Origin: Methanobacteriota archaeon
Lineage (GTDB): Archaea; Thermoplasmatota; Poseidoniia; Poseidoniales; Poseidoniaceae
Assembly: GCA_002689345.1 (NCBI GenBank)
Contig: NZFU01000002.1
Location: 8,438 to 72,437 of the forward strand
Reading direction: 5' to 3'
Length of the DNA stretch: 64,000 nt
Under the pieces are notes generated by a model. The model had not been told where the DNA came from. It worked only from the letters and a program-made list of their open reading frames with translations, and searched no databases. Within the stretch, counting starts at the first letter, position 1. The number at the start of each line of letters is the position of its first letter. Position numbers and translations under genes: made by a program. Shown here in pieces: positions 46,753-57,175 of this stretch.

Positions 46753-48393
46753 ATGCGCCGTGACGTACTATCACTAATCGTCGGATGGACGATGATGGCA
46801 ATGTTGGTTCCATTGTCATTCAGTTTCTTGGTTACTTGGTGGCTAGATGGTTTTTCAACCGCCATGGTATCATTTATGCTGCCATTAGTGTTTTCAGGAA
46901 TAATTGGTTTAGCGTTACTAAGTTTAGGAGTACGGTCTGATACTACCGAGAGGCTTAGGGATAGAGAAGCATTTGCCGCAGTTGCCTTAGCGTGGCCAGT
47001 TGCAGTATTTATTGGGAGTTTTCCATTTTGGCTAGGTGGAGTTTTTCATGGACCATTCACAGATGGTTCGGAAATGGCTGACATCGGTCGAGGATTTGTC
47101 AATTCATGGTTTGAGTCGATGTCTGGATTCACAACAACTGGTGCAACAGTTATCGAACATTCGATGAGCCCGAATTGTATTCCAGGAACAACGCCAGATT
47201 GTATTAACGCTCAACCAAAGGGGATTTTGATTTGGCGTTCACTTACACAATGGTTAGGTGGCATGGGAATAATCATGCTTGGATTGATGCTACTGTCAAG
47301 AGTTTTAGGCGGAGGGATGGCGCTTGCAAGGGCCGAATTGACTGGTCCTTCACTATCCAAATTACGTCCTAAATTACAACAGACTGCTTTGGCTCTTTGG
47401 ACGATTTATATCGTATTAACCGCTCTTGAAATCCTGCTATTATGGGGGATTGGAGATCTTACATTTTTTGATGCATTTAACCATGGACTAACCACAATGC
47501 CTTCAGGCGGTTTCTCAACACATGATGCATCTATTGGATACTACGATAGTTTTGTTGTCGAATCGATAATCATATGTTTCATGTTCCTTGCTGGAGTGAA
47601 TTTCACATTGATATGGCTTGCATGGGAAAAGCAGTGGGACAAGGTACTTTCAGACCAAGAAGGTCGGAGTTATGTGATTGTTATACTTGCAACAACAGCA
47701 TTTGTATTCATTGCTCTGCTATCACAAGGTAGTAGTTTCAGTGAAGGATTCTTCGAGTCATTATTCACTGTTGTTTCAATTGGAACTTCGACGGGATATA
47801 CCACTACTGATTACATGCTTTGGCCAGTGGTAACGCACATACTTCTATTCTTATTGATGATTGTAGGTGCTTGTGCCGGTTCCACAAGTGGGGGACTGAA
47901 AATAATGAGGGTAAAATTAGCCCTTAAAATAGCTTGGAGAGAAATCGGAAGAATCGCTCAACCAAAGCGTGTTTTTAGAATAAGAATGAATGATGAAGTT
48001 GTCGAAGGAGAGCGCCTAGGTTTAATCGTTGGAATGTTATTTGTTTGGACCGGATTATTTGCCATTTCATGCATCGTATTAGCAGTTACAATGCCTAATT
48101 CTGATTTTGAATCAGTAGTGGCAGTTGTTGCATCTTCATTAGGAAATACCGGACCAACCTTAGGAGATTATGGTCCATCCAATACATGGGCATCGCTAGG
48201 AACGCCTTCATTGGTCATTACATCGATATTGATGTGGTTTGGAAGGCTGGAATTGATGACAGCATTACTATTGCTTCATCCAAGAACTTGGGCAAGAGAA
48301 GAAAGAGAAGCTCCAGATAGGGCTTCTGTGAAGTTAATTCGAGAATTATTCGATAAGATGGAAGACCGTGCAAATGATAAGGAAAAGGATTAG
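46753..48393 (+). CDS. trkH: TrkH/KtrB-type potassium transporter membrane subunit
   Basis: It is 546 aa with multiple M-P-M repeats bearing selectivity-filter Gly motifs. It lies immediately downstream of trkA. Confidence 0.85.
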   Translation: MRRDVLSLIVGWTMMAMLVPLSFSFLVTWWLDGFSTAMVSFMLPLVFSGIIGLALLSLGVRSDTTERLRDREAFAAVALAWPVAVFIGSFPFWLGGVFHGPFTDGSEMADIGRGFVNSWFESMSGFTTTGATVIEHSMSPNCIPGTTPDCINAQPKGILIWRSLTQWLGGMGIIMLGLMLLSRVLGGGMALARAELTGPSLSKLRPKLQQTALALWTIYIVLTALEILLLWGIGDLTFFDAFNHGLTTMPSGGFSTHDASIGYYDSFVVESIIICFMFLAGVNFTLIWLAWEKQWDKVLSDQEGRSYVIVILATTAFVFIALLSQGSSFSEGFFESLFTVVSIGTSTGYTTTDYMLWPVVTHILLFLLMIVGACAGSTSGGLKIMRVKLALKIAWREIGRIAQPKRVFRIRMNDEVVEGERLGLIVGMLFVWTGLFAISCIVLAVTMPNSDFESVVAVVASSLGNTGPTLGDYGPSNTWASLGTPSLVITSILMWFGRLELMTALLLLHPRTWAREEREAPDRASVKLIRELFDKMEDRANDKEKD

Positions 48394-49895
48394 AATAGAG
48401 TTTTTTGGCCTGCATCTACTTCTGCTTCTTCTTCAACAATCTCTTCGGGAACGGTTTTCTCACTAACAATTACCTCTTTGATAATTGGTAGGATTTGCTT
48501 TTCCAATTCCTTTGAATATCGCTCCATCAATTGCTTTGTTGTTCTATGAGACATCTTCAGTCCACATATCGCAGCATGCTCCTCAGGCGATAACCCAAGA
48601 GCCAAAGAGATGGAAAAGTCTTCACTATTTTCTGATTGGACAGCGACAAGTGAAGGGAGTAATTCTTCTCTAACTGCTTTTTTAGAGCAACCACAAGTAT
48701 CGGCCAATCTATCGACAACTGATCGTTTAATCCATGCAGAATCCCTACGTAAGAAACCAGGGTATGAGCAAAATATTCTCCCTTCGATGGGTTTTGAAGT
48801 AGTTACACTTGAAGATAAACCTGCCAAATTCGAAGACCAATACCATGAGCGGTGAGCGGTGTTTCTAAATCTTGTAGTGAGTAAATTATCAGCGACTGAG
48901 AGGGCGGTTGAGCCTCTGCGAACCGCATTTTTATCGGTGAAAACAACACCATTATTCCAAGATACCCAAGCCACTAAATCGTCTGGACTTTTATCTAGAG
49001 AGCGTGTTGCTTTCATGGCATCAAAGGCGGTACGTGACCTGTATAACAGATCGAGCCCAGGGAATATTTCTACTGTTGTATCACGAACTCCAGTCTCGAT
49101 ATTTTCTTTGACCATTTCCTTTGTCAGATTTGAATCTATTAATGAGCACATGACTTGTAGATCTCTTACTAAAGCCCGCAAGTCTCCCGGATTGTTGTTA
49201 ACTAATTCATCAATCGCTCCAGGATCAGCGGTGAAACCTTCTTCCTTGATTACCCGTAAAGCAATTCGTCTTAGAGCTTCATTAGATGCCCTGTCAAAAC
49301 GAATAGTGATTACATGTCGACTAAACCGGTCTCGTGCGGTACGCCAAGTAGATGATGAGCGACCCCATAATCCCATTTCATCATTACATGCCAATATTAC
49401 TGGTTGACGAGTCTGCGAAAGTAAGTTTAGTAATTCGGCCTTACCACCACTATCTCCTTTGAGAACTCTTGAACTATCCTTATCTTCTCCTGAAACTGAC
49501 GAAGATATTCTTTCATCAGAAACTGCTCTTAATCCACCAGATAAATGGTCCACTTCATCTAGCAAAATTAGAGTCCTATCTGGTTTTGAGCCAGGAGTCA
49601 TGAACAAAGAACCATGAGTCGAAGCATGTGTTGCTGCTTTTCTTATCGCTCCTGCATTCCTAGCATCACTGGCATTCAATTCGATTACTTGCCAGCCCAT
49701 ATCGGCAGCTACAGCTCGTGCAATCGTTGTTTTACCTACACCTGGAGGGCCGATCAGTAAGAGGCCAGGTTTGTCGGGTTTGCCTTGCTGCCATTGGTCA
49801 AGCCAAACGCGTATCTTTTTCCTTTGAGCCTCATTTCCTTCCAATTGTCTTTCGCTCAAAGGGCGGTGACGCTCAGTCCAATCACTCGCCACCAT
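48390..49895 (-). CDS. rfcL: Replication factor C large subunit
   Basis: It has the WTERHRP...LLIGPPGVGKTT Walker A motif and the DEVD Walker B motif. The C-terminal acidic tail is typical of archaeal RfcL. Confidence 0.8.
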   Translation of the reverse strand: MVASDWTERHRPLSERQLEGNEAQRKKIRVWLDQWQQGKPDKPGLLLIGPPGVGKTTIARAVAADMGWQVIELNASDARNAGAIRKAATHASTHGSLFMTPGSKPDRTLILLDEVDHLSGGLRAVSDERISSSVSGEDKDSSRVLKGDSGGKAELLNLLSQTRQPVILACNDEMGLWGRSSSTWRTARDRFSRHVITIRFDRASNEALRRIALRVIKEEGFTADPGAIDELVNNNPGDLRALVRDLQVMCSLIDSNLTKEMVKENIETGVRDTTVEIFPGLDLLYRSRTAFDAMKATRSLDKSPDDLVAWVSWNNGVVFTDKNAVRRGSTALSVADNLLTTRFRNTAHRSWYWSSNLAGLSSSVTTSKPIEGRIFCSYPGFLRRDSAWIKRSVVDRLADTCGCSKKAVREELLPSLVAVQSENSEDFSISLALGLSPEEHAAICGLKMSHRTTKQLMERYSKELEKQILPIIKEVIVSEKTVPEEIVEEEAEVDAGQKTLF

Positions 49896-49936
49896 GAACC
49901 TTGATTTGCAAGGCCCCCTTTGAACATTGACATCGA

Positions 49937-51607
49937 TTAGAATGGCAAATCATCGATTGAAACTCTAACTTGTTCACCAGAATCTCTAGAACGAAGTGTA
50001 ACTGAATTATCGGTTAATGAATCATGATCGATTGTTATACACCAAGGAACTCCAATTTCATCAGCCCTAGCATATCTACGGCCGATTGAGCCACTGGCAT
50101 CATATACCGAAAATACATCTTTTCTACCACATAAATCACGATGAATTGTCTGGGCTAATTCACCCATTCCATCCTTCTCATACAATGGTAATACAGTCAC
50201 ATCAACCGGAGCAATAGCCTCTGGTAGTGTCAAAAGAGTGTAATCTTCGCCAGATTTTTCAGTCTCTGTGTAACTATGGTCTAATAGATGCCAGATTATT
50301 CGATCAATACCAAATGCTGGTTCGACAACATGTGGAATGAACCATTCGCCATTTACATTTTCAGTTCTCTGAACTCGCTTGACATGTTCGGCGAGAATCT
50401 CAACATCTATTCCATCGATTGCTATAGTTTTGGGGAATGATGTATCTGATGACATTTCTTCAACAGCAGATTTGACCTGCCCGGCTAATGCTCTAAATGC
50501 AGGTCCTGCCTTAGCGCCATCTATGGTCCAGCCATCAATCTCAACGACTTTAGGTTCATCAAAGGTTCTCCATGCTCGCAACCTTTGACCAGTAGCGTCC
50601 TCATGCGCTGCTAAATCATAGCAGCCACGATGAGCAATACCTACACATTCAACCCATCCATATGAGCCAAATATTTCTGCATCCCAGCAATCTTCAGCAT
50701 AGTGAGCCATTTCATCAGATTCATGTTGTCTAAACCTCAAGTGATTTGGGTTAATACCTACATTAGTCAAGAAATCCATAGTCCATCCCATGAAGAAACC
50801 AACTGTAGGGTGGCGGATTATTCCTTGCTGTACTGCATTTCCAATAGTCATACTAATTTCACCAGACCCATCAGCAAGCAAAGTTACTTCATTATTCCAA
50901 AGTGAAAAGTCATGATTAGGTTGAACTTCAGGATCAATAAAATATTCCAATTCAGCCATGTTGAATTCTCTTAGTCGAATCATTCCCTGACGAGGACTTA
51001 TTTCGTTACGGTAACCTTTGCCAGTCTGAACTGCACCGAATGGAAGACGTTCTCTAAAATGACGATATATCGAAGTGAAGGATGTGAACATACCCTGTGC
51101 GGTCTCAGGTCTCAAGAAACCCTGCCTACCTGAAGTACCTGCACCTATTTTTGTATTGAACATCAAATTTTGGGCTTCGATTTGTCCCCAAGAACAGTCA
51201 CCACAATTAGGACATTCTGGGTTATGCTTAGCGATTAATTTGCTAAGTTCATCTTTACTAAGGGCATCAGCATTAGGATATTCATCTTCGATTAGGTGGT
51301 CTGCACGGCTTGCTTCGCCACATTTTTGACATTCGGTCAAATAATCACTGAATTCACCAACATGGCCACTAGCTTCCAATACAGCATATGGAGTTACAGT
51401 TGGACAAGAAATCTCTACGATATTACCTAGACTTTGCCAATGATTAATCCAATTCTGATTAACACGGTTGCGTAATCTCCCTCCAACTGGGCCAAAATCA
51501 TACAAGCCAGCTGCGCCTCCATGAATTTCAAATGCAGGTAGTATTACTCCACGACGCTTTAGCATACCTGTAAGTCTGCCAAGACGCTCGTTAGAGAACT
51601 CCTCCAT
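49937..51607 (-). CDS. glyS: Glycyl-tRNA synthetase (archaeal/eukaryotic alpha2 type)
   Basis: It has class II motifs (FEIHGG..GLYDFGPVG and the GYRNE motif 2) and a C-terminal anticodon-binding domain. Confidence 0.9.
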   Translation of the reverse strand: MEEFSNERLGRLTGMLKRRGVILPAFEIHGGAAGLYDFGPVGGRLRNRVNQNWINHWQSLGNIVEISCPTVTPYAVLEASGHVGEFSDYLTECQKCGEASRADHLIEDEYPNADALSKDELSKLIAKHNPECPNCGDCSWGQIEAQNLMFNTKIGAGTSGRQGFLRPETAQGMFTSFTSIYRHFRERLPFGAVQTGKGYRNEISPRQGMIRLREFNMAELEYFIDPEVQPNHDFSLWNNEVTLLADGSGEISMTIGNAVQQGIIRHPTVGFFMGWTMDFLTNVGINPNHLRFRQHESDEMAHYAEDCWDAEIFGSYGWVECVGIAHRGCYDLAAHEDATGQRLRAWRTFDEPKVVEIDGWTIDGAKAGPAFRALAGQVKSAVEEMSSDTSFPKTIAIDGIDVEILAEHVKRVQRTENVNGEWFIPHVVEPAFGIDRIIWHLLDHSYTETEKSGEDYTLLTLPEAIAPVDVTVLPLYEKDGMGELAQTIHRDLCGRKDVFSVYDASGSIGRRYARADEIGVPWCITIDHDSLTDNSVTLRSRDSGEQVRVSIDDLPF

Positions 51608-51831
51608 GCACCTGCGTGACTAAAGGGGTACATGAGCCCACCTCCCAGAAAAGGTAAGATTTGGTGATTAGCACTGTTTGTAGTGGATTCGGAATACCAA
51701 TATTCTAATTCTTAGCAAAATGGCACTCTATCGCATGGTTTTACCATATTATAATCACATCAATTGAATATTGAAATATACAAAACATTCATCATCTCCG
51801 TACGCACGCTGTGCAAACACGCAAAGCGTAA

Positions 51832-54800
51832 GTGAGAAAAATGGCAAATATCTCTTACTTAGAAAATCCTCTCGAATCAGAGGTTTTGTATGAGACATTA
51901 TGTCAACCAGTAAGGAATTGGTTTAAAGATAAATTCCCTGATTTTACCAAACCTCAGAAATTAGCAATTCCTTCGATTATGGATGGAGACCATCTATTAC
52001 TTTGTTCACCAACCGGTTCTGGAAAGACACTAACGGCATTCCTAACTATTATCGATAAATTGGTCAGACATGCCTTAGATGGAACTTTAGAACAACGTGT
52101 CTACTGTCTTTACATATCTCCAATAAAAGCTCTAGCAAATGATATTCAAAAGAACTTGATTGGACCGCTTGGGGAAATAGAGGAGAAATATCTACCAGAT
52201 AGGGCTCAAGGGAAAATTCGAGTAGGTCTTAGGACTGGTGATACCCCTCAATCTGAAAGGCAAAAGATGCTGCGTAAGCCACCTCATATTCTGATTACAA
52301 CACCAGAGAGTATGGCTATTGCTATCTCATCACCTCGATTCCAACCTATTGTATCCAATGTTGAATGGATAATTATTGATGAGATGCACTCATTGGTTCC
52401 AACAAAGCGAGGAGTACATTTAGCACTTACAATTTCACTTCTAGATACGATTCTAGAGAGACCAGTTCAACGAATTGGTATATCTGCTACGATGGAACCA
52501 TTGGAAACTGTAGCAGAATATCTAGTAGCAAGTGATGACCGCGAAAGTCGTAATGCAAGTCAGGATGTAAAGATTGCAAAGATTAGTGGAGCTAGAGAAT
52601 TAGATTTAGACATCCTATTGTGCTCTCCAAAATTCAGTGACCTTTCGGTGATGAAAGTTCTAGAGATGAATGTAGAAATGATCGCTGATCTAATCAGTGC
52701 ACATAACACAACTCTAGTATTCGCAAATACAAGAAAAATGACTGAAACTTTGGTACAAAAGTTACGTCCTTACTTAGGCGAATTAATCGCAGGTCACCAC
52801 GGTTCTATGGACAAGAGAATCCGTCTTGATGTCGAGAGGAAATTAAAACTGGGCCATTTGAGGGCAGTTGTCACTTCATCTTCCTTGGAAATGGGTATTG
52901 ATATCGGTTCTGTCGACATGGTAATCCAAATCGGCTCGCCAGGAGACATTGCTACAGCATTGCAAAGAATAGGTAGAGCAGGACACCACGTAGGCGGAAT
53001 TCCTCGTGCTAGGTTCTTGCCAACGAGTGTAGATGATCTAATCGAATTAGCTGCATTACAAGCAGCAATTCAAACTGGTGAAATGGATAAATTAGATTTT
53101 CCACAAAATAGTTTAGATGTTTTAGCACAGTTCTTGATAGGTCTCGTAATTATCAATGAACGAGATATTGATGAAGCCTATGAAGTAGTTACTAGCACTT
53201 GGTCATATCGAAATTTGAGATATGATGATTTTATTGAAGTTCTAGATATGCTTGAAGAAGAACGTCGTGTTTGGATTGATTGGGAAGAAAACCTCTATGG
53301 AAAGCGCGGATATTCAAGAATGATTTACTACACAAATATTGGTACTATCGCTCCTGATAATTCATACCTAGTATTCAATGCCGAAGGAAGTATCTTGGGG
53401 CAATTATCATCTTCATTCGTTGCAAACCTAAGAGGCGGAGATGTCATTCTTCTTGGAGGCTCCACTTACAGAGTAACCAATATTCAAGGAACAAGAGTAA
53501 ATGTTGCCTCAGTTACAGGATACAGGCCAACAGTCCCTTCATGGAGTGGTGAAGCTAGAAGCCGTTCAAGGGAGTTATCTGGGGCGTTGTTAGACCTCAT
53601 AGGACATTGTGTTAACACTCTAAGACGTCAAAACGACCCTCGTGTAATTCTAAGAGATGCTTATGGATTGAGCGAAGGTGTATCTAATACAATAGCTAGG
53701 CATTTAGAAGAGCATACTCTCGATTCATTCCAGGTACCCGATCCAAATCGACTAATTGTTGAACAAATCGTTTCTGGTGGAATGCCAACATACCTGATAA
53801 CATCTTGTCGAGGAAGAGGATTCAATACTGCATTAGGATACTTTATGGCAGGATTGGCAGAAAAAGATGGTATCGCTGTGCTAGAGTTGTCATTTGATGA
53901 AAATGGATTACTTATCAAAACTAGTCAAGAAGTAGACCCAGGAAAAATGTATGAGTCATTCCAATCCAATGACCATCTAGAGGTCATTGAAAGATATATT
54001 GTAAATACACAAATATTTGCTAAGAGATTCAGAGAAGTTGCAGGCCGCTCACTAATTATTCCTAAGAGAATCGGGGCTGAAGAAGTGAGCCCTCAGCAAT
54101 TCCAGCAACGCGCAGATTCATTGTTGCAGAGACATCGTTCGATTGAAGATTCATTATTGATTAAAGAAGCGAAGGCTGAAATTATGTTCGGTGATATCGA
54201 CATAAAATCACTAAATGACTTCTTAGAATCCAGTAAAGACTCTGAAGCAAGAATCGTTCACACAAAGGTTCCTGTTCCTTCAAGGCTCGGAATGAGCCTT
54301 TACATGAGTACTTTCGAAGATCTACTGTCAATGAAGACAAGAGCGTTCCTTGTCAAAGACATAGACCCTGAAATTTTACGCCGATTGTTGGGTAATAGGA
54401 GTCTTGCAACTGAATTAACCGATGAGCAATTAGCAGATTACTATTCCAATAAGGTCCCTAATCCAACCAATGCTTCACAACTTCTGCACCTAATGAGTAA
54501 AGGTGGAGGTTTAGATCGTAATTGGGAAAACCCTCTGTATGCTGCTAAACTAGCAGGTATCGAACACAGCCTTATCGAAAAATGGGTTGCTGATTTAGCA
54601 CAACAAGGTGAAATTACAAAATTGCGTTCAACTGGAATGAAAGAACTTGATGACAAATGGTTTACTTCATACATGGCTGAAATCCATGGCTCTCTAGGAT
54701 GTATTGCTGAAGCTGGTGGCAAGGACATGGAAGATATTCGTGACCTTTACACCAAGGGCATTACATATGAGGTAGCAACTGATTTTAATGGATTAAAGCC

Positions 54801-57126
54801 TACTAAATGGGTTGAAAAAACCATTTCAGATCCCCATGAAGCATTACGTGTGAAAATTATCGAAATGCTGGGCAGTGAAGGTCCTGCTAAGGGCGACCAA
54901 ATTTCTGGAAGACTGCCTTTCCCACAGGGACAAATCGATTCAATTTTGCATGAATTAGAGATGCGAAATGTAATTTCAGTCGGATTCTTTACTCAAACAG
55001 AAGATGCCGAATACATCCTCAAAGTCGATGAGCATAGAATTACTGGCGGAGAGGAAGATGTTGTCGAATATCGATGGGTTCAGAACCTAGTTATGAGTAA
55101 ATCATTCGAGACATACCCCGATGGATTTACTGCATTCGATCAACATATTCTATTCCAAAAACAGCAAGAAATGCTGTATAGAGTAGATGGATTCAGATAT
55201 GCTGATTGGAAAGATGTTCAACTTGACTCAGATGTTGTCATGGGTAGGCTATTGCATAACAGAATAGGTTATACCACTCGTAAAAATATTCCAATGCTAC
55301 TGGGTTTGAAGCCAGAACCTTGGCTGGGCGAAATGGAAAAATTGATTCTTGAAAAGGTACCGAAGGGTGAAAATCTAACTCGTCAAGAAATTTTGGCTGA
55401 TTTCCCTAAGGGCGAGGAACACAAATCTCTTCAAAGGGATTTGAAGAATGCAATTAGCAATCTAGAAAGACAGTTATGTTTGGTCAAACAATTCGAGGAT
55501 GTTGTTGGACGCAGACGAAGACTGTCGCTATTCCACCGTGTTCATGATGTCTATGAATCAATGGATTTCGAAGATGCATTGGTTGAAGTAATCAAGCGAA
55601 TGGGGCCTGTTAAGGCGTTCACTCTACGTTATTATGTATCCAGAAGTGTTGAGGAATTGGCATTAGCACTACGAAATTTAGAGAACGATGGACGAATTGC
55701 TAGAGTTATGGCATTAGTGCCAGAACCTGAAGCATTTTACGTACTTCCAGATGAAGTATCTAGTCTTAGTTCACCTAATAGAGAAGATAGAACGTTACGT
55801 ATTCTTACTCAATCCGACCCATATGTTTCGAGATTCATTTGGGAAGTTCGCTCAGTGCTTGATAGAGGATGGTATCTACCGGTATTCAAAGGGGTTGACC
55901 CTATTGGAAAGGTGTTGATGTTCAAGATTAATGATTATCTTGAGATTAAGGACATGCATATTCCTTATGCCTATCTTGATGAATTCTGTACAGCTTTTGA
56001 GAAATTACTAGACAATCATTCTGACCAGTTGGTAGATGTTGCTGTACTATCCCAATTCAATGGAATACCTGTTACTGAATTAGAAGATGACTTTAGAAAT
56101 GCTCTGGAAGGAATAGGATTCAAGTTAGCGGGGGAGAGAATGATTCGTGGAGGAATCGTCGATCCGCAACCAAGAGAAATTGCTGAAAGAGCATTATTCC
56201 ACCGACATCATTTACATCAAAACTCGCGATTAGAAAACGAAATTGAAGCACTGGAAAGTGTTCAAGAAGTTAGAGATGATTTCGGGCTACGTGGACGTGC
56301 TGAAGTCTATCGGGTTAGCCTGAAAAACATGGCTAGTGCCCATCAGTTGCACCAAGGAATCAATTTACGAGGACACCAAGTATGGGCATCGTATGACCAC
56401 TTTTCGACTTTACTTGCTATACGAGGACAAGAACCTGTTGAAGAATTACTAGATGTGCTTGAATTCTTCGAAACTCATAGTGACCCTAATCTATTCATGG
56501 AAAGACATGCAATGAAGCGTGCTGCTTTCAGAAAATTGATTCAGCCATTATTGCGAAGTGGCCATATGGTTCAGGATTACCGTGGAGGTTTCCGTTCTGT
56601 AGCACCTCGGCAAGGATTAGACCCGGTTATTTTGCGAAGAGAATATCTGAGAAGGTTAGTTTCAGATTACCCTGTAATAACTCTCAAACAATTCACTCGT
56701 CTAGCAGGAACACCATTTAAGCCTGAAGAATTGAAGGCGATATTAACTGAATTTGAAGAAGATTCAACACTGATTAAGGGATTCTTGATTCAGGATTTGC
56801 ATGAGGTTTGTTGGGGTAGAAAAGATCTGCTCAATGAAGCCAAAGATGTGCCACCAATCCGTGATTTCGTAATTCCGCCATCTGACCCGATTGCGCCATA
56901 CTTTGCTGATGTGTTGAAACAAAAGTTCGGATTTGGTAGTGCTTACCTAGTATTCAGGAATGCAGAACCTGTAGCCGCTTTCAAAGCTAATACTCGAGAT
57001 AAGGTGATAGATGTCACTGATTATGAAGGTTCGGAAAAGGGTTGGAGAATCGTTAAAGAATTCGCATGGGAACATCAAATGCCACTCAAGACCGAATTGA
57101 GAATTGGTGGCAAGAGAAGAAAGTGA
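51832..57126 (+). CDS. lhr: Lhr-like superfamily-2 DNA helicase, long form (1764 aa) with a roughly 850-aa C-terminal extension
   Basis: Motif I is CSPTGSGKT and motif II is IIDEMH. ISPIKALANDI is typical of the Lhr core. Motif VI is QRIGRAGH. The C-terminal half contains repeated winged-helix-like segments. Confidence 0.7.
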   Translation: MRKMANISYLENPLESEVLYETLCQPVRNWFKDKFPDFTKPQKLAIPSIMDGDHLLLCSPTGSGKTLTAFLTIIDKLVRHALDGTLEQRVYCLYISPIKALANDIQKNLIGPLGEIEEKYLPDRAQGKIRVGLRTGDTPQSERQKMLRKPPHILITTPESMAIAISSPRFQPIVSNVEWIIIDEMHSLVPTKRGVHLALTISLLDTILERPVQRIGISATMEPLETVAEYLVASDDRESRNASQDVKIAKISGARELDLDILLCSPKFSDLSVMKVLEMNVEMIADLISAHNTTLVFANTRKMTETLVQKLRPYLGELIAGHHGSMDKRIRLDVERKLKLGHLRAVVTSSSLEMGIDIGSVDMVIQIGSPGDIATALQRIGRAGHHVGGIPRARFLPTSVDDLIELAALQAAIQTGEMDKLDFPQNSLDVLAQFLIGLVIINERDIDEAYEVVTSTWSYRNLRYDDFIEVLDMLEEERRVWIDWEENLYGKRGYSRMIYYTNIGTIAPDNSYLVFNAEGSILGQLSSSFVANLRGGDVILLGGSTYRVTNIQGTRVNVASVTGYRPTVPSWSGEARSRSRELSGALLDLIGHCVNTLRRQNDPRVILRDAYGLSEGVSNTIARHLEEHTLDSFQVPDPNRLIVEQIVSGGMPTYLITSCRGRGFNTALGYFMAGLAEKDGIAVLELSFDENGLLIKTSQEVDPGKMYESFQSNDHLEVIERYIVNTQIFAKRFREVAGRSLIIPKRIGAEEVSPQQFQQRADSLLQRHRSIEDSLLIKEAKAEIMFGDIDIKSLNDFLESSKDSEARIVHTKVPVPSRLGMSLYMSTFEDLLSMKTRAFLVKDIDPEILRRLLGNRSLATELTDEQLADYYSNKVPNPTNASQLLHLMSKGGGLDRNWENPLYAAKLAGIEHSLIEKWVADLAQQGEITKLRSTGMKELDDKWFTSYMAEIHGSLGCIAEAGGKDMEDIRDLYTKGITYEVATDFNGLKPTKWVEKTISDPHEALRVKIIEMLGSEGPAKGDQISGRLPFPQGQIDSILHELEMRNVISVGFFTQTEDAEYILKVDEHRITGGEEDVVEYRWVQNLVMSKSFETYPDGFTAFDQHILFQKQQEMLYRVDGFRYADWKDVQLDSDVVMGRLLHNRIGYTTRKNIPMLLGLKPEPWLGEMEKLILEKVPKGENLTRQEILADFPKGEEHKSLQRDLKNAISNLERQLCLVKQFEDVVGRRRRLSLFHRVHDVYESMDFEDALVEVIKRMGPVKAFTLRYYVSRSVEELALALRNLENDGRIARVMALVPEPEAFYVLPDEVSSLSSPNREDRTLRILTQSDPYVSRFIWEVRSVLDRGWYLPVFKGVDPIGKVLMFKINDYLEIKDMHIPYAYLDEFCTAFEKLLDNHSDQLVDVAVLSQFNGIPVTELEDDFRNALEGIGFKLAGERMIRGGIVDPQPREIAERALFHRHHLHQNSRLENEIEALESVQEVRDDFGLRGRAEVYRVSLKNMASAHQLHQGINLRGHQVWASYDHFSTLLAIRGQEPVEELLDVLEFFETHSDPNLFMERHAMKRAAFRKLIQPLLRSGHMVQDYRGGFRSVAPRQGLDPVILRREYLRRLVSDYPVITLKQFTRLAGTPFKPEELKAILTEFEEDSTLIKGFLIQDLHEVCWGRKDLLNEAKDVPPIRDFVIPPSDPIAPYFADVLKQKFGFGSAYLVFRNAEPVAAFKANTRDKVIDVTDYEGSEKGWRIVKEFAWEHQMPLKTELRIGGKRRK

Positions 57127-57175
57127 CAAACTTTCTTACCAATATCATCTAATCACAATTTTCAGTCCAATAATC

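Noticed and set aside
51608-51831. 224-bp intergenic region between the divergent glyS and lhr genes, and 270 bp at 61582-61852, examined for tRNA or small RNA genes
   Set aside because: Both are AT-rich and lack GC-rich paired stems or the tRNA-like T-loop GTTC/A-box pattern. They look like divergent promoter regions. No tRNA or rRNA was recognised anywhere in the window.
51832-57126. Intein inside the 1764-aa helicase as an explanation for its length
   Set aside because: There are no intein block A/B (Cys/Ser-start, TxxH) or block G (HN-Cys/Ser/Thr) signatures. The extra length is a contiguous C-terminal extension rather than an insertion between helicase motifs.
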